From Phoronis australis (lineage: Eukaryota; Animalia; Phoronida): DNA of 64,000 nucleotides. A model generated the notes under the pieces. That model was not told where the DNA came from. It made no database searches and worked only from the letters and a program-made list of their open reading frames with translations. A program made the position numbers and the translations under genes. The DNA lies in the NCBI GenBank assembly GCA_002633005.1, contig NMRA01000300.1:362016-426015 (forward strand), read 5' to 3'. Of this stretch, positions 50,200 through 62,461 are shown in pieces; the first letter of the stretch is position 1; every line of letters begins with the position of its first letter.

Positions 50200-51362
50200 G
50201 TCGGAGTTCTGGTTCTGGAATTGTGGACATTCGAAATAGTGAATTTTCGAAGGTGGCAAACAGCACTGCCCACCCTCGCACGAGGGAGGGGTTAGAAAAT
50301 GTACCCCAAACATTGCTTGCCCCATCAAGTCTGGCCAGCTTACCGCGGCTTGCAGATCATCCACATGCGGTCGATCAGTAAAGAACAAAAGAAAACTAAT
50401 CTTCGGAGCATGGAACGTCCGAACACTGATGGATAGAGACACTGCAGCCAGACCAGAAAGAAGGACTGCACTTGTAGCTAGAGAACTCCAGCGCTACCGC
50501 GTAGACATTGCAGCTCTCAGCGAGACGAAACTCGCTGATGATGGGTCACTGAAAGAGGAGAAGGGAGGCTACAGATTCTTCTGGAAAGGGAAACCAGAGG
50601 CTGATAACAGAATTTATGGAGTAGGATTTGCTATCAGGTCCATCATTTGAAGGACATCCCTACTCTTCCAACTGGTGTCAATGAGCGCCTAATGAAGCTT
50701 CGCTTCCCAATGAACAAATCTCGCCACATCACCATCATCAGCGCCTACGCCTCAACGCTCACTAGTCCCGAAGAAGCAAAGGAACGCTTCTACGAAGACC
50801 TTGACCAGATCATCAGGACAACTCCCCCGAACGACAAGCTTGTAATCCTCGGAAACTTCAACGCCCGAGTCGGAAATGACAGCAGTAGTTGGGAAGGTGT
50901 GTTGGGACGGCACGGAGTAGGTAAACTCAACAGCAACGGCCTGTTCCTACTAAGTAAATGCGCTGAGCACAACCTGTGTATCACCAACACTATGTTCAGA
51001 CTAGCAGCCAAGTACAAGACCACCTGGATGCATCCCAGGTCCAAACATTGGCACATGATTGACTTTGTCATCGTTCGCCAGCGGGATATGCAGGACGTCA
51101 AGATTACCCGAGTAATGAGGGGCGCTGAATGCTGGACAGATCACAGGCTAGTGCGATCTCTTTTCAACGTGCACATCGTTCCCCCGCAGCGCAACAGGCA
51201 GAAAATCATCAGGGCATCGTTCAACACAGCCAGGTTAAAGCATCCTCTACACCTTCATCGGTTTCAGNCGTCAAGACTGGGACTGCAGAGCCATCTTCGT
51301 GTACATAGACGATGAGACACACAACCTACGTCATCTTCGGACCCGAAGGACTACCAACATTA
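50200..51362 (+). mobile_element. RTE-clade LINE: APE endonuclease joined through a single N (51268) to the C-terminus and 3' UTR; RT core absent
   Basis: LIFGAWNVRTL, DIAALSET, GVGFAI, LGNFNARVG, TWMHPRSKHWHMIDFV and CWTDHRLV; frameshift near 50645; C-terminal SRLGLQSHLRVH*. Confidence 0.88.
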
Positions 51363-54300
51363 GATTTACTTCAAATCAGTCGCCGGTCAGAAGATTGCGC
51401 ACATATGGCCTATACTGTGCAGGTTGTGATCATGCTTTTGTTTGTATTATTGTACTCTGTAAACTATATTATGAGCTAATGTTACTTATGTTAATAAACC
51501 TGTCACCCTCTGTCTCGCTCTCTCTGTGTCTTTCTCTCTACTTGCGGGAAGGAATCCCGTTAGCTAAGTAGGATCGTGCCCCTGACTGCCGTGGAGTGCA
51601 TCCGGACCGGGGAGTCCTCTGTTGAAAGGCAAATTAGTAAAAAGCTCTTTCAAAAAAGTGACATTCTGTAGACTATATACTTATAATTGATTCATAAGAT
51701 TAAAATATTTCTGAATTTCATTTCCTGGCCTGGGCGTCGCCCGACCTTAGGCCCGTCGCGGTGAAGAAGCTCTTTGTCGTCACTCCGATCTGTGTGTCCT
51801 TTTTCGCTTGTACTGAATTTCCTTCAAGAATATATGAGAAATACTCGAATGGGTAAAATACTCGGTTGAGTATATTCCCAGTAAGGCATTATCATTTGTT
51901 GTGGTACGTAATAAGTTAAAATAATCGACGGCCCACCTGTATGACCGAAGTCGATGATCCCGGAGAAAATAGGTGTCCTGTGTGAAATAGCGTTCCTACA
52001 TTATCAAACGCATCTTTCAGAAAAGTCTTACAAAAATGTACACTAAAAGAAAACACAGAAATTGGAAACCTTGTTTTTTCCAAGAAATTCAGTTCATAAG
52101 ATTCGGAAAAAGGGAAATTTTCAAAATCTGTTCATGAAAGCTCCAGCAAGCGAAATAATTAGCGAGAATCAGGAAAAGTATTAAATACTCTAAGATCATT
52201 TTACAAAATCACACGCCGTGGGAAAAATGGACCATCACAGCTACAATGGGTAAAAATTGTAGTAAAATATTTACACTTTCTTGCTAAGGAAACTAAATTC
52301 GCAGATTAAAAATCTTTGAATGCGCCCTGAGCGCGTGGAGCGCTCCTAAAGTGAAGCCCGAGATCAATCCTTGATAAACAAGACTATTTTAAGTCTGTTA
52401 TATTCCACAGTGTTGTATATCAAGGAATTTGCAAATATATATGTAGTAGGAATTACTTACTTCATGGGGGAACAAGACGAACGAGTATCCTGCGTGAATT
52501 GTTATCAAAAAGTTATCAATCTTGAGAATTAGCAAAGACTAAAAATGTCGAAGAAAATTATTTCTTGACCAAAGAAAATGAAGGCCTTTGTATCTTTCAC
52601 AAAACTTGAGAATTCAGTATCCTATTTTTTATTAAACGTTTTTGCAAAACTGCTTGACTTTGTATTCTTGGTTGATCATACTTATTTTGCGCGAGACGTC
52701 TCCTGCTGGAAAATTGTCAGCCTACCGGCCTGATGTAAATCGCTTATAACGCCAAACTGAAAATACTTCAACGTACCCGAAATGTGATTTTACTCTAGCT
52801 GGCGCCAGAAAGACTGGAACTGACGCTTGTTTTTTTTTTCTTCATAAAACGAAGGCATAGGGGCCTACTCTTTATTTACATGTGGGTGTGTGTGAGTGTA
52901 TATTTAAACACTGCACTATTACAAACCCCTAAATTAGTGATATTCCATCGATTTTGTCTTAATATTTAATGTTTCCCACTTATTTTGGGGTTATCAATCC
53001 AGTTTAAACATGTCCTTCAAGGAATTATCTCAGTGCATTGTAAAGATAACTGATTTTTCAGAGCCCAGAATTCTTCGTAGGCCCATAAACGAAATAGACC
53101 GTACCTAGAAATGTTGTGTGACATTATTCAAGTTAAAGAATTATTACTCCTCAATTTTCTGTGTGGAGGTTAAGTTGATTCACCAAAGAATCCCAATCAA
53201 AACCTTTTATTACCTATAAGTTTATTTGTTAGCAGTGAAACATGCTCAGGCAAGTTTTCATTTACTGAGAAGTCAGTAAATATTTTACAAAAAACATGTG
53301 TTCTATAACTTGATAAAATGTGAAAGCCAAATACCTAGCATGAATGGAACCACCGGTCCCCGGACCACTGGGCCAGCGTGTATTTCGAACGCTGTAGCTG
53401 TCCTGATATCCACTCCGTGGCCATGTTTCTGCGTTGCAAAATGATTTGAGGGTACATTGAGTACGCCAGCTAAAGTAAAATGCCAGCTTGTTATTTCGCG
53501 AACGCAGCCCACTGACGTCGTCAAACCCACCAACTTATTTGAAAACATGACAACCCTCTAGCGAGGTCATGACCTTAGAGAGCCACCTGGACGGGAATTC
53601 AACTTCGGATGAACTATAATGTAGAGGCTAATGAAAGGAAAGGGTTTTCTGTTTAAATTGGAATGCTGTAAAATACACCACAGTGAACTGAAGCCAACAT
53701 TTCAGGATCATTTACGTTTTGAACAGTAGCAGATCGACTGCCCTGATCTGACGCAATCAGTCACCGCCAACTGTTCGTCTCATCATGAAATTAGACTGCA
53801 GCCAAGCTTGATGTGGACATACAGAAAAAAATGAAGGCGTACTAATGCAAAACAGTTGGAAGGCGGTTGCTTATAAGGCACAGTAATAGAAAGCTTTATT
53901 CAGTGCCTGGGACACGGAAGTGTTTGAAGAAAGCATTCGCTGCACTACCATCGCGATAACGTAACGGGCCTGAGCCGGCAAGCGCCTATGTGAGTATTTA
54001 AAAACTTGGCAAATGAATGAGGGCATTGGACGGTGTGAGAGCAAGACAGGTAGGCAGTGAAGGGTACGTGACCGTGAAACGTTATGTTTGCCAAGTTTTG
54101 TTCATCGTAAACGTACGCGAGCCTAATTTTGTATTTTAGGATGCCCTCCCAATCAGGGTTTGTCCCAATTGGTTAGTACTGGAGCGAGAGGTATCGCGCC
54201 AGAGAAGTTTGGTGGAGACTAGGAGGGGAAGGGGGTGAGTCCCCGGAGAGGAGGTAAAACTCGAAAAAAATTGTCGTCGTGAACAATGACGCATCTTCAT

Positions 54301-55920
54301 CAAGCGATATTATAGAACAGAAAAGTGCTTTCCTGAGATCAGCAACAGCACGAATTGGAACTCCCGCGGTCACAACCTAACCCTCTGCAGTCTGGGATTA
54401 CTCATGCCAGTCGATAAATAACAGTTTTAAGTATGTTTAACAGGTAAAGTTATCTGCCTAGATTCCCGCGAATGTGGGGGAGACATTGGCGAGAATTTGT
54501 GGTTTATAATGAAATCACAGAAATACCACGGATTTTGTTGTGTTACAACTCTGGTCAGAATGTCTATCGAACTCGACAATAATCCCATAATACGCTTTTC
54601 GGTCATAAAACCGATGTTTTTTCTTAAACCAGTATGGAATTATTTTAGTTGTGAGATGTTATAATAATGTTCGCCTGACGTGTTTTCAATTGATTATCAA
54701 AAACAAATGCAAGGCTGAGAATTTATGAGTTCAGTAGTTCATTCCAGTGCTTGTATAATTGGTAATGTGATGAACATAAAGACTAGTTGAACGGATGTTT
54801 GCTACTTGATTCCCTGATGTTGGTTATTAAAGGAATCCTTAAAGCGGTTATAAAACTGTTTGGGTGTAAAAAAGTTCTTCATGAACGCATTTGCCTTTAC
54901 TAAAGAGGGGCGTCGACACGTTTGCCTTCTGCAGTGTGGTCTGGGACCACGTGTTCAGCTTTTCCGTTTTCGAGTGTTGGCAACTAAACATAACTGTTTG
55001 CCGGGTCATTATCAAACCGAGTATTCAACAGAATTTCGTTTTCTCTCAGTCTGTGAACTGGTGTAGACAGGAAGCACAAGGGACCATTCCAACCTTCGTT
55101 TTGTCACACACGTTGATGACTCACACAGTCAAACTGGATCGTGATTTCGGAGGCTTGACCCAGCTGTCGGATAGTTTTGATGATGGTGTTGAAATGACAG
55201 ATGATTCCGATCCCTCGTGAACTTTATTTTCTGTCACTAGACTGCACATAGATAACCTATCACTAGTTTGCGCCTCAAATAATTATATGAAATCACTTCC
55301 ATCGCTCTCCAACCATTAGCGCTGATAATGGCGTCAGTATTCTTAATACGTGTGTTGTTATCAAGGTGTACGATTTGTCGGTGTGATGTACACCATCATT
55401 TCCCGTTCCTCGCATGTCTCGCGGAAGATACGTGGAATTTCTAAGCAACAGGTTTCCATAAAAGATTACAACAGATGTATATATAGCCATTAACCGAATT
55501 GTTTTATTCATAAGAAATTCGGCTAATAACCGGCATACCCGCACATCAAGTTTCGTCGAAAACGTTTCGATAGAAAGTGCATAAGTAAGAAATATCAGTG
55601 CATAATACACGAATCTCTCATATTTGGTACGTGGAAAGCCATTAATTCAGAAACAACCCCAAGGCGTTGAACGCAAACTGAAGACATTTATCAGTGTCAT
55701 TTAAGATTAAGAGACTGAACAGCTTGCATGCACCGCTGGTTTCCCGAGAACACACACGCATTCACTTAAACGCTTGCACAAATTGGTTTCATTGGGAGTA
55801 GATAGGGAGTCGTCATACTCTTCATGTCTGACATTTTCACTAACTGCAAATTGCAATATTTATTACAGAGACACACCAGTTGGCTCGCCGATAGGATCAG
55901 CAGCTGACAACGGCTAAATC

Positions 55921-56487
55921 ATGGAAGACTGTGAAAGCAAAACGAACAATTCGCCAGCATTTTTAGAAAAACGCGGAGGGGAAGCTGAATATTTGCTTGA
56001 AGGTCAATGTCAATCTGATGCACCATACGGCGTGATATACTACGTCACAGAAACAAATGACTCAGAAAGCCACAACAGCCCACCTGCTAAGCACCTGTTA
56101 GAGGATGGGCTATCGATACGAAATCAAGATCCTCCAAAAGCAAATAATCATAAGGAAACCATTGCAGGTTTCAAAAATGCGACAAAGAACGAAGTCTCAG
56201 AAGTTCCAAAAACGGCGTCAATTAAGAAAGCTGAGAAGATGACGAACACTAAGATGAACCGTTCATTCGAATCCCACATGGGGCTGGCGTTGTTAATTGC
56301 GTTTGTTTTTAATCCGCCTTTTGGTCTCATCGCTCTGTTGTGTGCATACTTAGCGAGGCGCGCGCATAGACGGGACATGATGACTTCCGCTGAAAGGTGG
56401 TCGGACAGTGCCTTAATGTTTGCAATGGGCGGTATGATGCTAACAAACATTCTCGCTATTGGAATCTGCGTATACATGTTCTTATAA
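55921..56487 (+). CDS. CD225/dispanin-family membrane protein (PRRT/IFITM-like), 188 aa
   Basis: Low-complexity N-terminus, then HMGLALLIAFVFNPPFGLIALLCAYLARRA....AERWSDSA and a terminal transmembrane helix; upstream acceptor TTTATTACAG. Confidence 0.8.
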   Translation: MEDCESKTNNSPAFLEKRGGEAEYLLEGQCQSDAPYGVIYYVTETNDSESHNSPPAKHLLEDGLSIRNQDPPKANNHKETIAGFKNATKNEVSEVPKTASIKKAEKMTNTKMNRSFESHMGLALLIAFVFNPPFGLIALLCAYLARRAHRRDMMTSAERWSDSALMFAMGGMMLTNILAIGICVYMFL

Positions 56488-56703
56488 TGGGTTTAAGTTG
56501 ACATTGAACGTTGACTGAAGTCGAAATTAACTGCAAGCACCTGAAAAACTTCACGAATCTGATATGTTGGGCAGATTTTAAGCTAAAAACGGGCAATAGG
56601 GCCTAATCTGGCGATGATTTTCTATCTTTCGTTCTGCGCACCTTGACGTAGCTAGTATACTGGAGAATAGGTTCGTCATTGGTCTCTGGAAGCATTGCAT
56701 ATT

Positions 56704-57398
56704 AAATGTTCACTTACTTAGAGACGTGGTTGGTTGTTGGCAGACGTTTCGAGCTGGTCCGCCAGGTCGAATGAGGGATTTCCCGCCTTACGCTCGTTAA
56801 GAATGCTGGAGTACACGGGGGTAGGTGGAGTCCTCTGTCTCGGTTCAAGAGGGGATGCTGACTGTTGATGTTTATGTGGGGTCATATACCAGTTGGAATG
56901 TGACCAAGATCCCAACCACACCTACATTGGAGAAACCAAGAGACCGTTCCTTACCAGATTCAAAGAACATCTGAAACTAGACAGACCAACAGCCGTGGGA
57001 GAACATATTTTGGCGACTGGGCACACCATCTCTCTTGAATCATCCAGGATCCTAGCCAAGGAACAAAATTGGTACACTCGTAAGCTCAAATAGGCCANAG
57101 ATCCCACGGCTGTTGGTCTGTCTAGTTTCAGATGTTCTTTGAATCTGGTAAGGAACGGTCTCTTGGTTTCTCCAATGTAGGTGTGGTTGGGATCTTGGTC
57201 ACATTCCAGCTGGTATATGACCCCACATAAACATCAACAGTCAGCGCCCCCTCTTGAACCGAGACAGAGGACTCCACGTACCCCCGTGTACTCCAGCATT
57301 CTTAACGAGCGTAAGGCGGGAAATCCCTCATTCGACCTGGCGGACCAGGTCGAAACGTCTGCCAACAACCAACTACGTCTCTAAGTAAATGAACATTT
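56704..57398. mobile_element. Penelope-like retroelement fragment (GIY-YIG endonuclease) forming a 297-bp inverted repeat
   Basis: GVIYQLECDQDPNHTYIGETKRPFLTRFKEH...AVGEH..TGH; arms 56704-57000 and 57102-57398 are reverse complements with a few mismatches; N at 57098. Confidence 0.8.
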
Positions 57399-60300
57399 TA
57401 TATACAGTAGCAAGTATAGTAACGTAGATAACCTAAAGTACTTACACTTAGTTTGTCCCTTATAAGCAGTCCGTTCTATGTTCGGAAGCTTGAAAAATTT
57501 TATTTTTAGTCAAGTTTAGCGAAAAATCTGATTAAACAGTCTAATTAAACAGTTCAGTCTCGTGCAGATAGGACCCTGGTTGCCCGGTAAGCTAACAGGT
57601 GCTACGCGGTGTGGCTTTGCCTGCATGGTATTAGCTGTCAATTCATGCCTTCCAATTGACACTGACAGTTTCAATTTGATTTGCTACCAGCTAATTATAT
57701 ACGGCTACAGTTAAACCTACTATAAGGTCTGGCGATCACTATGATATCCACTCGCCACGAAATGCGACTTGGCAAAACTGTCCAGGTGGTAGACTGAGAA
57801 ATGAGCTCGCCGAAACAACAAAACCAATTCGTCAAAGCATGGAAACCTCCTTTGCAGCAATGCAGCTCTCGTGGCGTTTTCTCCATTTCATTCGAACGGG
57901 GAAAATGGATACGTCGTGATTTTCTCGCACCTTCACCCGCTCTACTCTGACGTACACTTTATTCGGAGGATGCACCCATTCAGTGCACATAAAAGTCTAG
58001 GGGCCATGGTCGGGCCTTGCCGGTCAAAAATAATAAAATAATACTTGGAAGTCAACACAAATTTCTGATTTATCTGACCTTATTCTTCTGTCTTGGTTGT
58101 ATTTTACAAAAATCCGGCGACTTCGTGACAATTTGGAAATTTTTACCACGGAACCAAACGAGCATGCTAAAGACTGCAGCAACTGTGGACCACCATTTAA
58201 AGCCTACATGTAACTTCAAAGGAATTTTGTTACTTTAGATGTATTAGGCTAACCAGATAGTCCTAACACACGTCATATATCTATATGGGTGGAAAATAAA
58301 ATTCTGCTTAAGGTCACCTTGAACAAAATTTCAAGTTCCAATGAGGATGTTCTGTTTATATCCGGGACGTAGCACTGCCGTAGGTTCCTAAAAATTCCCG
58401 AATTTTCATAAATGATTTATTTTATAATGTGCAAATAAGTTCCAGTCGGAATTAGAAATCTCGAGTTTAAACAGAGCCTGTCCGAATCGATAGGGGGTCA
58501 TCGAGTGCGAATTTGGACTATACAGTCAGTGCGTAAGTAACACAGTATATTAGATATTTATATTGAGTTCGCATTATAAGAGAACAGGAAAAGTCAATAA
58601 TATTTTCGTATTCGATTTCGAGTAAAAAGATAAGACACAAGCACTGATCACACTGAAGTACATCCTGTCACGTACAAACCAAAGACAATGAATACGTGTA
58701 GGAATAAAGCTGCGCAGGTTGTCTGTGACGTCACCGGTTTTTTACAAGTCGACAACCGCATCGCAATACCCTTGCAAAATGATAGCATGTCGTAGATGAA
58801 ATCCCACGAATTACTGCTCAGGCGCTTGATGTTTTGCTACGACAGAAACTTTACGGATGTCTAATAGCATCTGTGCTTCAAAATGTGTGCTTTAAAAATT
58901 GGATTTGAAAACTAGAGGATTCAAATGAGCTATGTTGATTTGGAATGCTAAGCCCAAGAACATGTATACAATACAGCGACGAGAATTTTGTTACGAGTTT
59001 TCAGTAGACGCGGAGGACATTTGAGGTTATGATATACATCTACAAGGCAACCGGCAATATATCTTTTAAACAAGATTTTGCTTGCCATTTACTTCATCGA
59101 ATAGTGCAATTTATGTCTGACTTCGTTTTCACCAGCGCTTACTTTCGCGAGGTCAGCGGTTATAACAGGCAATTGAGCCATCATTTATTACGGTAAAACA
59201 GTCTTAATGTTTTCACCGATCGTACATTGCCAACTTACTCGTTAGCTTCAGTCAAGACTTCACACGGTTCCAATTAACAGTTCGTCCAATTTGCACATGA
59301 ACATTTCGTTAATTTCTTCGATCTACGCAAACCCGGAAGCTCCCGCATAGTAGGTGCAAGCGTGTGTGACAAGCAGTTCAGAGATGAGGCTCCATTCACG
59401 CGGTTTTCCCCGCTAAAGACGAGTTTCCTTGAATGAGTCACCCGTGAAAGTTTTTTTCTGGCTACAAACTGCGTATTTGAAACTCAATTTTAACTGTTTT
59501 AATTTGTCAACATCTGGCGTTATCTAGGGCCAATATTGTGGGCCGGAGTCTTCGATCTCTATTAAACCAAAGTACTCAGCGGAATCTTGGAAATGGAGAA
59601 CTCCGAGTGGGATCTGACTAAGCATTGTTCAATTTGGTTTCAAAAGAGTCCCGGTAGGTGGTGTTGAATTTGCGGTCAACTTAGTTGCTCGTTTCCGTCT
59701 ATTCCCAACCCTTTTCATCAAAAAATACAAGTCACATATAGGACAAGTTTTTGTTTATCAAATACTCTCTAAAATTACACAATCGCTTAGAAAGTGTTCT
59801 TTTTAAAGGCGAAGGCAACCTTTTTCCATGTCATTTTGAGCTAAAATAAGGTTGGTTGGTTATCCTAGACATATTTTTCACTTAATTACAGCTTTTCGTA
59901 ATTTTATTAATTACTCGTCCGCTTTTCCGGAAGTGACGTTTTAGGAGGCAAGCGCTTCCCGCCACTTGGTTTTGCGTTGAGCTTACTGTGCGAATCTGTT
60001 CTATTCTACTTTTGTTTTGTGCTATTTTTCACCAATTGTCGCCACCACTTTCCATCGGCGAGTATTCTGCGGCAAGATAGNTAAACCCCCTGAACCCCCC
60101 CTGTAGATCCGCCTCTGCGTAATATTGATAGGATACTATTTCCGGTCTTGGCCAACCCTAAAATTCTTCATTCAAAAATGACAGCTGTGAGCATTGGCCA
60201 GTGATTTGAGTTGGTGACGGTCAATAGCAATTGAGAACGATTTGATTAGAGTCAGTGTTGTAATTCTGTTTCCGTTTTTAACGAGCTAAACAGGGCGAAA

Positions 60301-61720
60301 TGAAACTTCATTTACTTCCTATAAGTCACGAGAATGGATTTCAGCGAGTAACTTCCATCCAACGGCGACAGTAACTTGTAAGAAAATCACAAAAATAAGG
60401 AATTTTGGAGTGTTCGCTCTGATCAAAGCTAATTATTTGAACAAACCCAATCCTACAAATTTAGTAGGCTTTTCTCTGACAGTGTGTACGAACAATTTGT
60501 TGTCATACATGCAATAACGTGCTGTCATGGAGATCTGCTAATATGAAATACAAAAACGTCAAGCTTAAACTCAAATTAAGTTGTTTCACCTCGCAAAATC
60601 GACCTTTCATTACATGTGAGAATTATTATTTCATTTGCAAAATCTAAGCATTTACTTATTAATAGGAATTCCTTAACCCGTAAAGAAATATTTTGCTTTC
60701 CTACCTGGGGTGAGGGGGTCAAAATATTATACAGCCGATCCTACAGACAGTCCTCCATTTAGAAGACCATTGATATTCAAAAGATATAATTGCTTGAAGT
60801 CATCCATGTATAAAACTGGACATCGTGCACTCCTCAACAGCATATCAAAGGCTTATAAGCGAGTCCCGAACATCACAAATATCTCTAAGTGCGCGCATGG
60901 CTTTTCGTCAATCCGCAAAGTGGCGAAACTCGACACAGCGACAATAGAATTAGTTTTACAAACATGGTACCTCCTTGCTGAAAATAAATCAACTATGACT
61001 GTAAATGAAGTTTTCCTAGTCAGGTTTTCAAATCTGGAACCTGACAAAATAAAGTGCCATCGGTCAGTAACGCGACGTAACGACACCAAAGTAGCAAACT
61101 TATTTATCAGTGCTTACCACTGAAGCAACCAAAATACATGTAAAATGACCGTTAATACGCTCTGGTTAACAAGATGTTAAATTATTCGTCCAAAGTATGT
61201 AAATTTTATGCTAATGTTAAAGGTGCTGTGTGTCATTAAGACCGTGAATATATACATTTCTAGCAGGCGCCACCTAGTGACTTCCTGGAGAACTGTGTGT
61301 TGACGTATAATCTGGACAAGAAACAATTTGTAAATAAATTGCGATCTTAAAGAAAACACCACAATTGATCACTTAAAAACATATAAAAACCCTAGTTAAT
61401 TGAAGCATTACGCAATCGTTATTTCATAGTGAAATGAAGAAATAAAAAAAACTATGCCTTTTATTAGGGTAACGATGACTAATTACCATATTCATTTACA
61501 TAAATTAGTCTCGCAAAATGAAACTTTCGCGAGATTGTAATGGTAATTAACGGGTTCTCGGATGGTTTCCGGCACACCGGAAGACCCGAGTTGTGTGTAA
61601 ACAAGTACTTCATTCGCACATTCACAACTTAATGAGTCACTCAGAATAGTTGGCACACATCCTGACTAGTATATCGCTGCCTCGGACATGATATCAGTAC
61701 GTAAATAAATGCTGAATTTA

Positions 61721-62077
61721 CACGGGTGATTAACAACATGACCGCCGGTCCTCTAAATCGGACTGACTCACCCAAAAGAGGACCTACGGAGATCAAATGG
61801 GACCGTCGCACCAGAAAATGGGACCGACGCACCTAAAAACATGACCGCCCCACCAAAAAACAGGACCACCGGGGACTTGTTTGTCACTGCGGTTTCAATC
61901 CCAGGCGGTCATGTTCAGTCCCCGGCGCCTATCCTGTTTTCTGGTGGGGCGGTCATGTTTTTAGGTGCGTCAGTCCCATTTTCTGGTGCGACGGTCCCAT
62001 TTGATCCCCGGAGGCCCTGTTTTGGGTGAGTCGGTCCGATTTAAGAGGACCGGCAGTCATGTTGTTTCTCACCCGTG
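61721..62077. mobile_element. 357-bp MITE with ~155-bp TIRs, CAC termini and 5-bp TSD ATTTA
   Basis: ATTTA|CACGGGTGA...TCACCCGTG|ATTTA; internal AAATGGGACCG and CATGACCGCC repeats mirrored in both arms. Confidence 0.85.
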
Positions 62078-62315
62078 ATTTATGTCTCGTCATACAATCA
62101 CATACCACGCATATTACGCAGTTGTCATTGACGACTCCATTACGATGTCCAAACTTCGGCTTTACCGACATAGCTCAATAAGCAAAACCTCTTAATGAAG
62201 TATACTGCTGCCAACCAAGGCCCTTTCATACTAACTTCTTAGCGTCGATGTTTTGGGGAGTTGCGGTCAGTACCGAAGAACAGGGCCATATAAATTCGCC
62301 GTAAACTGTTGAATT

Positions 62316-62461
62316 CATAGGTGGCACAGCCCTGAAATAGGTGGGGGGGCTACATCCCCCAACCCCTATGGTGCGCCGCCCATGTGTCCATTGGCGGTAG
62401 AGCAGTGCAATAAGTGGGAAGCTGTAGCTCCCCCCCAGTCCCCCATGGTGCACCGCCATTG
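62316..62461 (-). mobile_element. Dimeric micro-MITE, older copy, flanks GAATT/GGATT
   Basis: CATAGGTGGCACAGC...TGCGCCGCCCATG-tgtc-CATTGGCGG...CACCGCCATTG. Confidence 0.65.

Noticed and set aside
60098-60116. CCCTGTAGATCCG resembles miR-10 (TACCCTGTAGATCCGAATTTGT), tempting given Evx/Hox linkage
   Set aside because: It continues CCTCTG rather than AATTTGT, lacks the 5' TA and a precursor hairpin, and matches the right TIR of the CAG.GGCGGAT MITE family.
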